Part shown: positions 27,064-39,799 of the stretch, piece by piece | How the letters are laid out: each line of letters begins with the position of its first letter | Numbering within the stretch: the first letter of the stretch is position 1 | Assembly (NCBI RefSeq): GCF_018977255.1 | Contig: NW_024704743.1 | Span: forward strand, 99,760,001-99,824,000 | Source: Callorhinchus milii | Lineage: Eukaryota | Direction: 5' to 3' | DNA: 64,000 nucleotides | Translations under genes and position numbers: made by a program | Notes under the pieces: model-generated | The model's input: the letters and a program-made list of their open reading frames with translations, nothing else | The model's database searches: none | Told to the model about the DNA's origin: nothing

Positions 27064-27904
27064 TAAGACTTAATATGTTTGTTATGAATCATGTATCCTT
27101 ATTGGTGAGTCCAAAATAGGGGGCATAAATATAAGTTAGCTTGTAGCAAATCTAAAAGGAAGCTTAGGAGGAATGTTACGTAGAGAGTGATGAGAATTCC
27201 CGGAAAGCTGTGATTGAAGCATGTTGTAAGAGAAACCTTGATTCATACATGCGGGGAAGGAAATAGAAGCGTATAGGAAAGGGGAATACTTGGGGTTATT
27301 ATATAAAACCTGAATGTAACTGCGAGATACATGAATCTACTTTTGTTGTGGACATTGAGGATAGAGGCTCACAGGTTTGTTAAAATGAATCCTGTCACTG
27401 CCTTATAAACCAAATATATATAATTGCAGTTGTTATAGAAAAAACTAGGCATTATTATGACAGAATAAAGAACAGAGAATGTGAAAGTGTATGCGTCATT
27501 TTATTTTGTTTTAACATAATCCTGCCAGTAGATAATCTAAGTCCCATGTGAAGCAAATAAACTAACAAGAAGCCTCTTAAAAGCAGAATTTCCTTTCTGC
27601 TGGTGAAGCACAGGGAAACTGAGTGGAGCCTATTAGCAAGCCCACAGTCAACCCTCACTTAACGTAACTTTCTACAGAATTACCTACAGATACCTGGTGT
27701 TCAGTAAAGATTCGCTTTGTGGAAAACACCAGGTCTAATTTGTGGTATTTCTTTACTGTGTGTGAGTATATGTGTGTGTGAGAGTGTGTGTATGTATGTG
27801 TAAAAATGAAATGTGTGATATGATAATTATCATCAGTATTACTTAACATATCACTGAACAATGCAAAGAAACCAGTCAGAATGGGGACCTTATAGAGATC
27901 AAGA

Positions 27905-28075
27905 CTTGGAGGGACAGACTGGGAGCAGGGATTCTTCCCACATAACTCCTGCTAACCCTGCAAGCTAAAACACTGATGAGAAGGGTGGTCTTAGCTAAAC
28001 AAGCAGCAGGAAACTTGCCAGACAGTGCTCTCAATGGTAAGATATGTGGTTTTAGCTGGTTAAACATCAGGAGTA
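27905..28075 (+). repeat. Unclassified dispersed repeat, second copy at about 62735-62895
   Basis: Shared cagactgggagcag..attcttcccac...ctcctgctaaccct.caagc...cttgccagaca...ctggttaaac. Confidence 0.7.
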
Positions 28076-28149
28076 TCTAAGCCTTGTTTTTTGTCAATCT
28101 GTTTTCTAGAATTAGGTAAGCTGGGTGCATCTCTCGAGGGAGAGAGTGA

Positions 28150-28484
28150 GCATTCTATTCCAAACATGGAAATTTCCTTGTATACTTGGCATACATATTT
28201 GGAACTCAGTTTAGTTTGCATACCGTTGTAATGGGATTCTGCATATGTCAGACACCGGTTGCCCAAACAAAATGCTTAAGTAAAGGTGTCAGATCTTTCC
28301 ATACTTAAGAGTCAATCTTATGCTGATTTTTAAACATAGCAATCATTTTGCTAAGTCTATATCAATCAGTCTAAAATAGCCGTTGTATTGCCCATGTCTG
28401 TTCACATTAGGAATATTCACAGATAATGACAAGTCAGTAACAATAATCCTTTTAAATGACTGCAGGATCTAGTCTGCACTAATT
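28150..28484 (-). pseudogene. Pseudo-exon, RGS-like continuation
   Basis: ccttttcag acceptor, phase-2 compatible with the previous exon. ISAD*ILQSF (cf. SEENILFW), then shifted AKMIAMFKNQHKIDS*VWKDL (cf. AK.I...F...VNIDS). Confidence 0.4.
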
Positions 28485-29046
28485 CTGAAAAGGATTCTTT
28501 AATAATGTGTGCATATTGGCTGTATGTGGAGTCAAATACCTCCCTAATTTCTCAAATTAAACAGCAGAGATGTAGCACCAAAGGAGACAGGTCTTTAATT
28601 GTAGGGGTGCAAACAGATAATAAAATAACAGGAGGAATTCTATATTCTAGGCAAGGCTGACATGTTCACCCACAAAATACACATAGTCACATTACTTTGA
28701 GATATTTCCTGTGAAGCACTTTGAGACATCTCAGCTATGGTCAAATGCAAGGATTATTTATTAATATTAGGCAAATTGTTTATAACGGAGTGGTCTGGGT
28801 TCAAAGCTCAATCCCGCCCACCTCCCACAGTATGTTAAAATGAGGCATGAGAGAAAGGATGGCTTCCTGGTCAACAGATAGTCGCTCACGTCAATCCCTG
28901 CACCTTATGCATGCTCCATGGGCAAAACATGCTGATGTAGTGCCACTTTCTGCATATCCTTGAGCACATGTGTGAAATACACAGGTGTAAGATAGGTGTA
29001 CCCTGCACCTCGTGTAACAATGACCTTCGACAGACCTGTGCTATAT

Positions 29047-29372
29047 TGTGGAGTCCTGTAGCTCAGTGGTTAGAGCACTCGCTTTGCAAGTGAGAGACCT
29101 GAGTTCAATTCCAGGCAGGGCGAAACCTTGGGCAAGTTTCCTTACTCCACACGCCTAATAATAATCCCTCCAAAACAAAAACAATAATAAATTGGTCATT
29201 TTCAATCTACGACTGTTTGTGGGACATTGCTGTGCGCAATTGGCTGCCGCGTTCGCCCACAAATATACAGTCAATTCACTTTACAGTCTATTCTGTGAAG
29301 CGCTTTGGGACGTCCTCCCGACGTGAAAAGCGCTATATCAAATGCAAGGATTATTATTATTATTATTATTAT
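29047..29372 (+). mobile_element. Young tRNA-derived SINE (short form)
   Basis: Full head-to-(TTA)n copy. Confidence 0.93.
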
Positions 29373-29659
29373 TCAGTCCTGTGCTAAACTGGGGTATGTT
29401 CTAGTGGGGTTGTCCTGCATATGGTATTGAATGTAAGCAAGAGTTACTGTTACATTTAAAACGTTTGGGATATTGGTTGGAAAGTGGCTGGAGTATTAAC
29501 AATTGTGGACACCTGACGTCTCCCTTCATGCCCTCGCACTTCCCTACCTACCCGATTTGCTTACACCCCACTCCACGACCTACTGCCTCTGCTCAGCTGG
29601 CTCCGGTCTCCTGTTTGTCCCTCACACCCTTCACTCCACCATCGACGGCCATGCTTTCA

Positions 29660-29790
29660 GTCACTAACGAAGGGATCCGAAACGTTGACTCACTTTCCTT
29701 TCTCCATAGATGCTGCCTGACCTGCTGAGTATTCCCAGCTCTCTCTGTTTTTGTTTCAGATTTCCAGCATCTGCAGTATTTTGTGTTTTG
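29660..29790 (+). mobile_element. Penelope-like terminal repeat fragment with degenerate hammerhead core
   Basis: ctaacga-agggatcc-gaaac followed by gatgctgcctgacctgctgagt...ccagcatctgcag. Related to 51145-51392. Confidence 0.55.
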
Positions 29791-29901
29791 TTGAAGATTA
29801 TTATTATATTGGTTGATAAAGAATCAATGACAAGCTAACATATAGAGAAACTGCCAATAAGTGAGGTCTTTTCACACAAAAAAATGAATTCAGGTGCTCA
29901 C

Positions 29902-29987
29902 ATATTGCCAAGCAGAAATTACAAAAACAATTGTGCATTCGGATCTCTTTCGATGTTCACTGTTGGTGCTATGGTTTGAAGAGCTTC
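29902..29987 (-). pseudogene. Pseudo-exon, RGS-like domain start
   Basis: AG acceptor and gtgagc donor. EALQTIAPTVNIERDPNAQLFL*FLLGN resembles RGS L..DP.G..LF..FL. Confidence 0.55.
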
Positions 29988-30060
29988 CTACCGCTTTCAG
30001 TAAAACATTTTAATCACATTCATTAGAGTCAATATAAGCTGCTATTGTTATGACAATTAC

Positions 30061-30501
30061 TAGTAATGACTCCTGTTCCATGTCCAGATGGCTGACAACA
30101 AGAGATTGATACATTTGCCAATTATACCGAAATTAATATTGCATCCTATTGCATTCTGAACACAGGTTGACCTGACTGTGATGAGGTGAAATCCTTTTAA
30201 TCCCCTGAGCATGATCCTGGAACAAAACCAGTCTGAGCAGCAGTTCAATCCATCAAAGAGCTTGCCTGGAGCCTTGGCATGTGGAGCTTTGCTGTGCTGA
30301 GAATGAATGTAATCGGAGGCCTGACAGATCAGTCCAGGCACATATACCAGTATCTGCTCTTCCTGCTTAATCCTGTGTCATATAGCAGTAGCCTGAGCAT
30401 TAAAATATTCAATTTACTGGTACCTCAGTCATTACCCACCCTTTCACGATTCACTAGAGTCTGTTTGCCAGCATCTAATTTCACATTCTAATGACTACTG
30501 T
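30061..30501 (-). pseudogene. Pseudo-exon
   Basis: ccttttctag acceptor and gtaatt donor. Ends ...WQMYQSLVVSHLDMEQESLL in phase 0 with the next exon. Confidence 0.5.
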
Positions 30502-32009
30502 CTAGAAAAGGCAAATTTGGAAAGAAGAGTGCTTTACTTGAAATGAAACAAGAGTCTGAAAAGAGCCCAATGGTAATTATACAAATCCTGCACTAACATT
30601 TTGAACCAATTACTTTTTTTTCCCCTTTATACATAATGGTCTTGAAACTGCACTGAATACATTACTGAAAGCAAATGAACAACAAAAATAATTAAAGTTC
30701 CTGTCTGCTGAACTCATTAAATATTCATTCAAATGTTGCAAAACAGCCTTTTATTATAATCAAAAGAGCCCTCATATTGAGCTGTAGAATCTTCATTGCT
30801 TGCGAAATGGAAGTGTTCAGCGGTCAACTGGATCTGATGAATATTTCCCAGCATTATTAATAATGTCATTAATATTTTATGTAATTGACGGGACATGATG
30901 CAAGGTGTATTACTACTTTACATTGTGTGAAATGATCAAGACAGCAAATGTATTGATATATATTCAACAACTGTCTGATAACTTATTTTCAAGAAAATGA
31001 GAAATGCCATTTAACTGCAAAATAAAAAGTCCTTTTCTCCTGTGTTAATAAGCAGGGTTGACCCTTGTGCCTTGTTTTATCAAATTGATTTTGCAATGTA
31101 ATAACACAGTGCAGTTATTAAGTTAAATTGAGAAAGTGCGCTTTCATATTCTGAGGACTTCTTCAGGGAAAAAAAATTGTCACCAATCTAAAACATTATA
31201 CAAAGAAAACAAACAAGTGAATAATCTATTCCTTAATTTGGAACTAAATCAATCTTTTAAAACAAGTAAAAACATGACTGCGCATACTTACATCTCTATT
31301 CAAATCTACTTCAATGTGCTTCACAGGTAATTGCTATCAAGTGTAATGACTGTATAAATGTAAACATTCCCAACATTTTCAATACCTGAGCTAAAGACAT
31401 GACCCGTCACATTGACATAGCAGATGACGAATGTGTATCTAAAACTTTCAACAAACGTCTTTAGACTTCCAAAGCTATGCTAAATAGCAATGAATTGTTA
31501 AATGTTGAACATAACAATAAAAAGGCAGATGCTCTTTGAAAATGTTTGGAAACGCTCGGCTGTCAGAATTCTTGCAATTTTGCATTTGATATAGGATCTT
31601 TCAAGTCAGGAGGACATCTCAAACTCTTCCGCACCAGGAGTTTTGGGGCTAAATTAGACAGGAGTAATTTAAAATGATCTTTTATTAGATTATTCAAATT
31701 GTCTTGAAAATGTTTTCAAGTTTTTTTNCATGTAAACTAACATATATAAAACTTATAGTGGATCGCCAAAAACAAATAATAATAATAATCCTTGCATTTG
31801 ATACACACTTAAATCCCGGCTAGCCGGACTAATGATGGACGAGTGGAGTGGTGGAGGTTGAGATCCGGTTCGTAGAGCAGGAATTTGAAGCTTTTTCCAG
31901 TGCCAGAAAATGCTGGTAAATGCTGATAATAACAACAACAACAAAATTATATTTATAGAGCGCCTTTCACATTGGGGGGACATCCCAAGGCGCTGGAACT
32001 GGAATTGTA

Positions 32010-32942
32010 ATTGTTTAAAGCTCACAATCTCAAGCACTGGCAACATCAGCATCCATGGATGCACACTCCACCTCACCAAGTCAGTCAGAAATCTGGGTGT
32101 CTTGTTCAACCCTCAACTGTCCTATCGCCCCCATATCCATGCCATGACCTGCTCTGCCTTCCCTCACCTCCACAACATTGCCCGACTCCACCACTCCCTC
32201 ACCCCTCAGGCCGCCAAAACCCTCATACATGTATTCGTCACCTCAAGGCTTGACTACAGAAACTCTCTCCTTGTCAGCCTCTGCAACTCTTCCCTCCACA
32301 AGCTGCAGATCGTCCAGAACTTTGCAAGTTGTGTCCCCTCCTGCACCAGGCTCCGTGACCCCATCAACCCCACCCTCGCCCAGCTCCACTGACTCCCGTC
32401 CCTCAGACGATAGAATTCAAAATCCTCGTCCTCTCTTTCAAGGCCCTCCACGGCCTTTCCCCCTCCTACCTAGCTTGTGTCCTTTCCCACACCAGGCCCT
32501 ATGACCCCCACCCTTGCCTGCTCCACTGGCTCCCGATCCATCAGAGAATTCAAAGCCTTCCACTGCCTTGCCCCCTCCTACCTCTCTGACCTGCTGATCC
32601 CCTATCAACCTGTCCACTCCCTCCATTCAGCAGGCTCTGGCCTGCTCCATGTCTCCTGCCTGACCCGCCCTACCATTGGTGGCTGGGCTTTCAGCCTCTT
32701 CCCCCACCCTTTGGAACTCCATCCCACAGTCCCTTCACGTTGCTCCCTCCTTTACCTCCTTCAAGGCACTACTCAAGACACTCCTTTTAGACCGTGCCTT
32801 CAGCCGACCTCCTATCTCTCTGCCCTCCCTCATCCCAACCCTATCCCCCCACACTCGGGTCCTGATCCCTGACTGTTCAGTGCCTTGGGATATCCTCCCC
32901 ACGTGAAAGGTGCTTTACAAATGTAATTCTGTTGTTGTTGTT
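32010..32942 (+). mobile_element. L2 LINE 3' fragment with internal restart at 32471
   Basis: VRNLGVLF...AKTLIHVFVTSRLDY. (TTG)n tail. Confidence 0.9.
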
Positions 32943-33511
32943 CAAACACAGGCCACATCCTCTGGTTCTACTGTTCTGGACAAGATAAAACAGCTTATCA
33001 TGGTTTACATTATCCTCTAACTTCAAATGCAACTGCTTGCATTTATTATAGGGTGGTTGAGTCCAGATTGTTGGATTTATTTATAAAAAAACAGTTTGAC
33101 TCTGTGATGGAAGGACAGCAGGGTGGGTACTTTGGACAAACAAGATCAAACGGGTCGAATTTCTTTATCCAAACCTCTCTTGTGATCTTGTAATATGAAC
33201 TTTTTTCAACAATCGGAAATGCGTCGTGCAGACACGCAGGAACTCTCTTCTAGCATGATCGGCTTCTGGAGCAAAGTTTCTCTAGATTAACAGGAATTCT
33301 ACCAGGATTCTTTGCTACAACTCTCTACTAAAATTGGGGTCTGGTGATTCTCAATGGTAGATGTACCTATAATCCCGAAGAATGCAGAAAGTAATTTGCA
33401 ATTAAAATTAATGATGAATACATAACTATGATTGATCCTCAGGACAATATATAGCTAGCTTGTCTTCAGAAAGCAACTTTGCTAAATTTATAAATTATGA
33501 TAAATTTAGAA

Positions 33512-33822
33512 CCTATAATCCACAACCATCTAATTTGTGAAATGTAATCTATCCATACACAAGACTTTCTTATGATTTCTTAGAACTGTCCTGATGTGTC
33601 ATTCAGCTCTTTCTTAATGTCCTTTAAAGTGAGAGGAAATGGTTAAATCACATTCTTGACTGTGTGGTTATAGAGTCCCTTGGTGCTTCTGTCAATAGCC
33701 ATCACTAACATTGGTTTTGACCATGAATCAATAGTCTTTAAACAGATAAGTCAAGCATTATACGCTGTATATCAATAGTACTGATATATTCTGATCTCTG
33801 ACGTAGATTTCTAGGAAATTTT
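33512..33822 (-). pseudogene. Pseudo-exon, possible RGS-like remnant
   Basis: ttttttgttcag acceptor. NFLEIYVRDQNISVLLIYSV*CLTY and shifted LKDIKKELNDTSGQF*EII. Confidence 0.3.
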
Positions 33823-35079
33823 CTGAACAAAAAAGGACACGCAAAGAAAACTCAAAGATAATCTATAATCTAGAGGAAACCAATGGTGAGTCAGAGATTT
33901 AATTTACCTTTATAGCTTTCAGGTTAGATTTTGTTAGCCTGAAGATTGCCCTCAGGCAAAGGTTCTGAAATCTTTACAAAATCATTTTCTCAAATCTTAG
34001 TAGCCCAATACCGAATGAAAGACAGCTTTACAGACATCACCTTTCATGGAAATATATATGTGTGGTGGGCGGTGGCGGGGGGTGGTGGGGAGAAGTAATG
34101 TTGCTCTGCAGAACAATGTTGATGCTCAATTACTTAACAACTCTTGTGAAAAATTACAGGGTACAGTTACAGGGAAACACATTAGATACAGAATTAACAA
34201 CCAATTTTAAGGATTACAGCTTGGCCTTACTTTGAGGGGAACGAGGACAATCCCCCAATGTTAGAGGAATGAACTATGAGCAATGATCAAACAAGCAAGA
34301 TCATGTCTGAAAAAGGAGATGACTTTGAGAGGAATTTATACAGATGGATAATATTTTAAATGGAACTGTAAAAACTAAACCTAATACAAAACTTTCAGAT
34401 ACACCAAGACAGTGAAAGAGAACATGGGTTTAGAGTTGCAAAGGGCAATTTCAAGAGGTGTTTCTTTACTCAGAGATTAATTAATAACTGAATCAATTCT
34501 CTACCGAGGCTGGTTTAGGACACTGGACTCATTTAAAAAATATCTTATTGCTGTGATGGTGGACAGTGGAGCAGGCATTCTGGAGGGATGTGTACAAATG
34601 GGCCAAAGAGCTATCTTCATCTGAATCAATCTTGTGTTCCTATGAACCTGGCTTCTGGATTCCACACATCCGGATAATTCCTATTTGATGCTGAATGGAT
34701 CTCTTTATTTAGGCCACAAGTTAATTTGCTTATACACAACTACTCTGGTAATATGAAAAAGTGAAGACAGGTTTGTACGGTCCTGAAAGAGACACAAACA
34801 GAAATTTGAAAATCAGTCCCTAATATTACAATAATTTTTACAGAAAAAGTTCTTTATTGACTCATTATGTCTTGTTGGAGGAAGGCCAATGTCCATATTG
34901 TCTCACAAAATATTCAAGCATGATCCTCTTATGTATAATGGATTCAACTTCTGTTGATTCTCCAGACTTATCATTGGCCTTGAGTTTCCTCTTTTAGCCT
35001 TCTATTTAAGGATTTAGACTTTCAACATGCGATTGAATGATTGGTCACCAATTTAATCTCGGATCACATTGTAAGAAAC

Positions 35080-35333
35080 ACAGTAGCCAGCAGAATTTAA
35101 ATTGACTCGAGTTCTGCACTAAAAAAACTAAATTCTATATTGTTTCAATAACACAGAATTTTATGTATGGCTCCTCAAACAACCCAAGTGGAACAAATTT
35201 GCTGCTGGATTCCAGTAGGTATTGAAAAAGTAGCTGAACTCATGCATTTGGAGGATTAATGAATAGACTAACGATTATAGTGTCAGAAAAGGAAAAATTA
35301 TGTTACTTCAGCTAATGCATTGGAAACTCCACA
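35080..35333 (-). pseudogene. Pseudo-exon, VPS9 catalytic core remnant
   Basis: IS*SNIIFPFLT, then shifted SLFINPPNA*VQLLFQYLLESSSKFVPLGLFEEPYIKFCVIETI, like VPS9 ADDLLP.L.Y...ANPP.L...LQY....GE.GY. The donor end is uncertain. Confidence 0.4.
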
Positions 35334-35420
35334 CTTAAAGAAAAACTCAATATTTTACAAGTAATTGCGGGCCTAGAAAAATGAGCAGTGGAAAGGTTAG
35401 CCATAAAGACGTAAACATAC

Positions 35421-35845
35421 AGTAAATAAAGTGGTCTATGCTTATATATTAAAATGCGTGTAATTTGTCCATTGGAGTCCATTTTTTAAGTGGCTATTCG
35501 GACATTTCAAGTACCACACTGAGGTATGCAAGTGTCTTGCTGCAATCTGGCTACTATTGCCTTTTAAGGAAGCATGTTCTACTACTGAGGACAGGACACT
35601 GGCCATGTCTGAGGGAAGGGACTCTAGTTTACTATAAATATGGTGCAGGTTTAAGTCAATCCTGCTCTTCTTGTATTGTTTTAATGTATCTAATCGAACA
35701 TCAGGACACAGTAATGCGATACTTTTGCAGCACCATAGATCGGCACCATGGCACCATAGAGCAGAGAGATGCAGTCTCAATGCTTCACTCTGCTGAGGTC
35801 CCAAGCTCACCTGCGGTGCAATGGCACCAAGTGAAGGTTAAGTAC
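35421..35845 (-). pseudogene. Pseudo-exon, VPS9 helical-bundle and start of VPS9 domain
   Basis: Pyrimidine-rich acceptor and gtatgt donor. LKQYKKSRIDLNLHHIYSKLESLPSDMASV, then shifted AYLSVVLEMSE*PLKKWTPMDKL, like VPS9 Y..A..L..L....TP.DKL. Confidence 0.5.
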
Positions 35846-35978
35846 CTCCACAGAGGGAGAGGAGAAAAATCGAAATAAGGGGTGTTGTTGGACTACTGCT
35901 GCATTTGGAGATGCTTTTATGCATCTGCTCAAAGATATCATAGGCAGAGACCCGAGAGGGATCATTCACAGATTCCCT

Positions 35979-37205
35979 CAACAACAACAACTTGGATTTA
36001 TATAGCGCCCTCCACCCCAGACGACATCTCAGAGCACTTCACAATAATGGATCCTGGGGCCGAGCCAGGGGGAGGGGGAAGAAGGTGACTAAAGGCGCGG
36101 TCGAAAAGAAAGGTCTTTAACCTAGACCAGAAAGTAGGAAGAGAGGGGGCGAGGTGAAGGGCGTGAGGAAAGGAGTTCCAGAGCTTTGGCGCGTAGTGCC
36201 TGAAGGTACGGCCATCGATGGTGGAGCGGAGGATTCAGGGGACTAGGAGGAGGTCAGGCAAAGGGCACTGAAAACAAAAGTGAGGATCTTGAAATCGATC
36301 TCTGGGACAGGCAGCCAGTGCAGTCTGGCAAGGACTGGGGTAATTGGGAGTGGAGTTTGGTACGGATAAGAATGTGGGTGGCAGAATTCTGGATGACCTG
36401 GATTTTATGGATGGTAGTGGAGGGGAGACCAGCGAGGAGGACATTTGAATAGTCCAGCTGAGAGTGACAAAGGCATGGACGAGGGTTTCGGCAGTTTTTG
36501 GAATGAGATATTGGCGGAGACGGGTGGTGGAAGAAAGTGGTGCTGGTGAGATACCGGATGTGGGGGAGGAAGGATAATTGGGGGTCAAACCTGACGCCTA
36601 GGTTGCGTACGGGTGCGGAGAGTTTTTAGGGGCAGGTTGGGTAGGTGGAGGAGGTAAGAACCATGTGATTGAAGACGTTGACGAGAGCCAAAGAGTATAG
36701 CTTCTGTCTTATCAACATTTAGCTGAAGGAAATTCGCGCTCATCCAGCTCCTGATGTCTGAAAAGTAGGCTGATAGAACATCAGGGGACTGGGGGTCACA
36801 AAGTGAGGTGGAAAAATAGAGTTGGGTGTCGTCCGCATACATGTGGAAGTGTACCCCACGTCTGTGGATGACATCCCCAAGAGGGAGCATATAGATTAGG
36901 AAGAGAAGGGGCCCAAGGATGGATCCTTGAGGTACCCCACAGGTAACCAGGTGAGAGCGGGAGAAGAAGCCGTTTGTGGAGATGTACTGCTGGTGGTTTG
37001 TGAGGTAGGTCTCGAACCAGGCGAGTGCGGTCCCACTGCAGTGGATGATGGAGGAAAGGCTGTGGAGGAGGATGGCGTGGTCGACTGTATTGTGGGCAGG
37101 GCGGAAGCCGGACTGGAGGGGTTTGAAGAGGGAGTGGGAGGAGAGGTGTGAGTGGAGTTGATTGGCAACAACGCGTTCTAGGACTTTGGCTAGGAAGGGC
37201 AACTC
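35979..37205 (-). mobile_element. L2 LINE RT-3' fragment
   Basis: LPFLAKVLERVVANQL, QSGFRPAH, GVPQGSILGPLLF, HMYADDTQLY. Tail at 35979. Confidence 0.92.
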
Positions 37206-39799
37206 TCTCATTCATAAAAGCTATTTGGCAATGAAGAATCCTCCCTGATGTAAAAGACAAAATATAAAATATAGTGCTTTATGCATCTCACCACCACTGG
37301 AACTAGCAGATAAGTCTTTTACTTAATGATAACTGTTGCAAGTCAGTTTAAAAGGTTATATTCTTTAATGGTCACCGCAAAAATCAATGTCCATAATACA
37401 TTGGAAGTTACAAAGATGAATAAAATACAGATGCTGATGAAATTACAATTTCATTAATTTTGAAAGGTACTCAGATTTAATGTGCATTTAAATAAAACAC
37501 TAAGAGATCTCTTCCTGAAGTAGTCTGATGTCACATTTTTCAACTTATAATGAAATAGATGTTTAATATGCTGTACTTTAAAAGGTTGATTACCTTTGGC
37601 ATTATGTGTACTATCAAGGAGAAAAAAAATAAACAATGCATTTTATATTCATGGAATTAATAGGAATGACCTGTCTCAAATTCATACTTTAACCCTGCTA
37701 CAAATACATTGTAATGAGGTGATTCATAATGATATTTCCCATCATTGCTCCTGTAGGTTTGCTATGCCATGAAAGAGATAAAAAGGAAAAAAGAATGAAA
37801 AGTAACATTACCAAACGTTCAAAATGGGGATAAAATGTATGGATTTCCAGCGCGGATGATCTCTTACAGTACCTACCCAAAGTCTAGCTAAAAATGCAAT
37901 AAACAATCAATGCAAATGAAAATAAATTAGCATTTACGTAATGCTTACGCTGTTGGTCCTGGTCCATTACAGTTTCTCAGAATCAGGACGTGATATTGCA
38001 GTACTCTTTAGTTAAAAATGTATAAAGGGATAAAACTTTAAAAACCTGTCATTTTTGTCTTGCAATCCCTCTTCCTAATTGTTCCATTTCCGTCGGTCTA
38101 CATATTCCTGGCATTTCCTCTCCACTTTTCATGGTCACCAGCACTGTAATGACGTCAGACACCGATTTAGCTCAATGGGTACGCACATTATTTGGTATAT
38201 TTATAGGTTGTAGTTTATTGAATCTCCAGTGCTCTTGTTATGAATATTCATAGGCTATTACACTGGAGTTATTTGTTTGATAGATTTGTGAACTATATAA
38301 AGACTCATTATGGGTCCTCTAGTCTTATTTTAAAACAAAATGTATATATGAAGGTGAATAATGTGACATGATTATCAGTGCTAATATATCACATTGCAAA
38401 CTGTTGAGATGGAAAACAGATTTTAATCATTGTCTGGTTTCCCCCACACCCAAATACACACACTTCAGTTCAATGGTTTGCCCCAAACATGGCTGAAGCC
38501 CTTTTATCCCGACCACTGTTGTTGCACCACCTAGCGTAATGGGGAGAGGGGAAAATGTTCACACCCAAACTCTGATGGATTGGAAAGGAAGTGAACACAG
38601 CAGCAAATTTGCTCACAGCTTTGTTCCATAACCCGCCATGGAATGAGTGAGCAATTTTAATTGGAGGATTGTTGGCCAGGACACTGGGATAAACTCCCCA
38701 TTCCTTCTTGATTAGTGCTACATTAAACGTTTCACCTCAACAGACTTCCGTTTAAAATCTAAACCAAAGGAGAGAGAGTTTGAGACTTTTAGTTGTTTAA
38801 GCCTGATGTCTGGATCAATACACCCTGAACAATGATCAGAATTCAGTGTTGGTTTAAAAGTAATTGGCATTCACTGTGTTGGTGTGGAATCATTAGTATA
38901 GTATTCGGTGTGCATGGAAAGGAAAACGTTAGTTTGCTTTCTTGGAGTTAATGAGAGAAGAGTTCAGATAGGTTTGCAATAGTGTGAATTTTGTTACAAG
39001 TTCAGTCTGAGTTTCAATTGAATGGTTTGTGGCTGGTTCAAACTAGACTGTATAAAAGAAGTTAGAAAAATTTGTGTGACAATCATTTGTTAAATCTGCT
39101 CCATTAGGAGTGGCTATTAATAGAATACAAGGATGAAGGGGCTGCAAGGAAGAGCATGGTTTATTACTTTGCAATGCTATTCTTCATTGCATAGCGTTGT
39201 TACCCGACTTTTAATGGCTTAGACAATGCCAATACATTCACATACACAGTCACTGAGATTGTGGACAGAATTTGTAAAATACGAATAAAGTTTGGCACTG
39301 AGGTGCTCACCAGATATTAGTTTGGACGAGTCAAACCATTAGCCCCGTTTTATGTGAGGGACTTCCAGTTCTCAGATCAGGGGCTTTGCAATGAGCTGAT
39401 TGCTGAGCTCCACAGGTCTCAGTCAGCAACTGACCTGGTACCAAACCCATTTATTGAGGTCAGTCCATTGTGTGTGGGATAAAGATAGAATGCTCTGTTC
39501 ATATCCAGCACCTTGAGACATCCTCTTGATATGAAATGCGCTATATAAATGTAAATTTGTAATTTGTAAGATCACAAGATAGGTCTGGACGAAAAAGTTG
39601 CTTTGGCACACCCAATCTCATCTTTCCTAATACCAGAGGTGCTGTTTGCCCTTTGAGGTCCCATGCAAAGTTATATTTCAATCTGCATTGTCTTTGGTGG
39701 GGGGAAGCAATTATTATATGTGTACCCGCATCAACAATCACCGTTGATGACTTGCTAATCGTGGGGTAGGTGCAATTCGAGCTCAGGTGTTTAACATAA

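Noticed and set aside
29047..29120. tRNA gene-like sequence (A and B boxes), also at 10334, 52892 and other sites
   Set aside because: These are SINE heads followed by SINE body and (TTA)n tail, with no complete cloverleaf acceptor stem.
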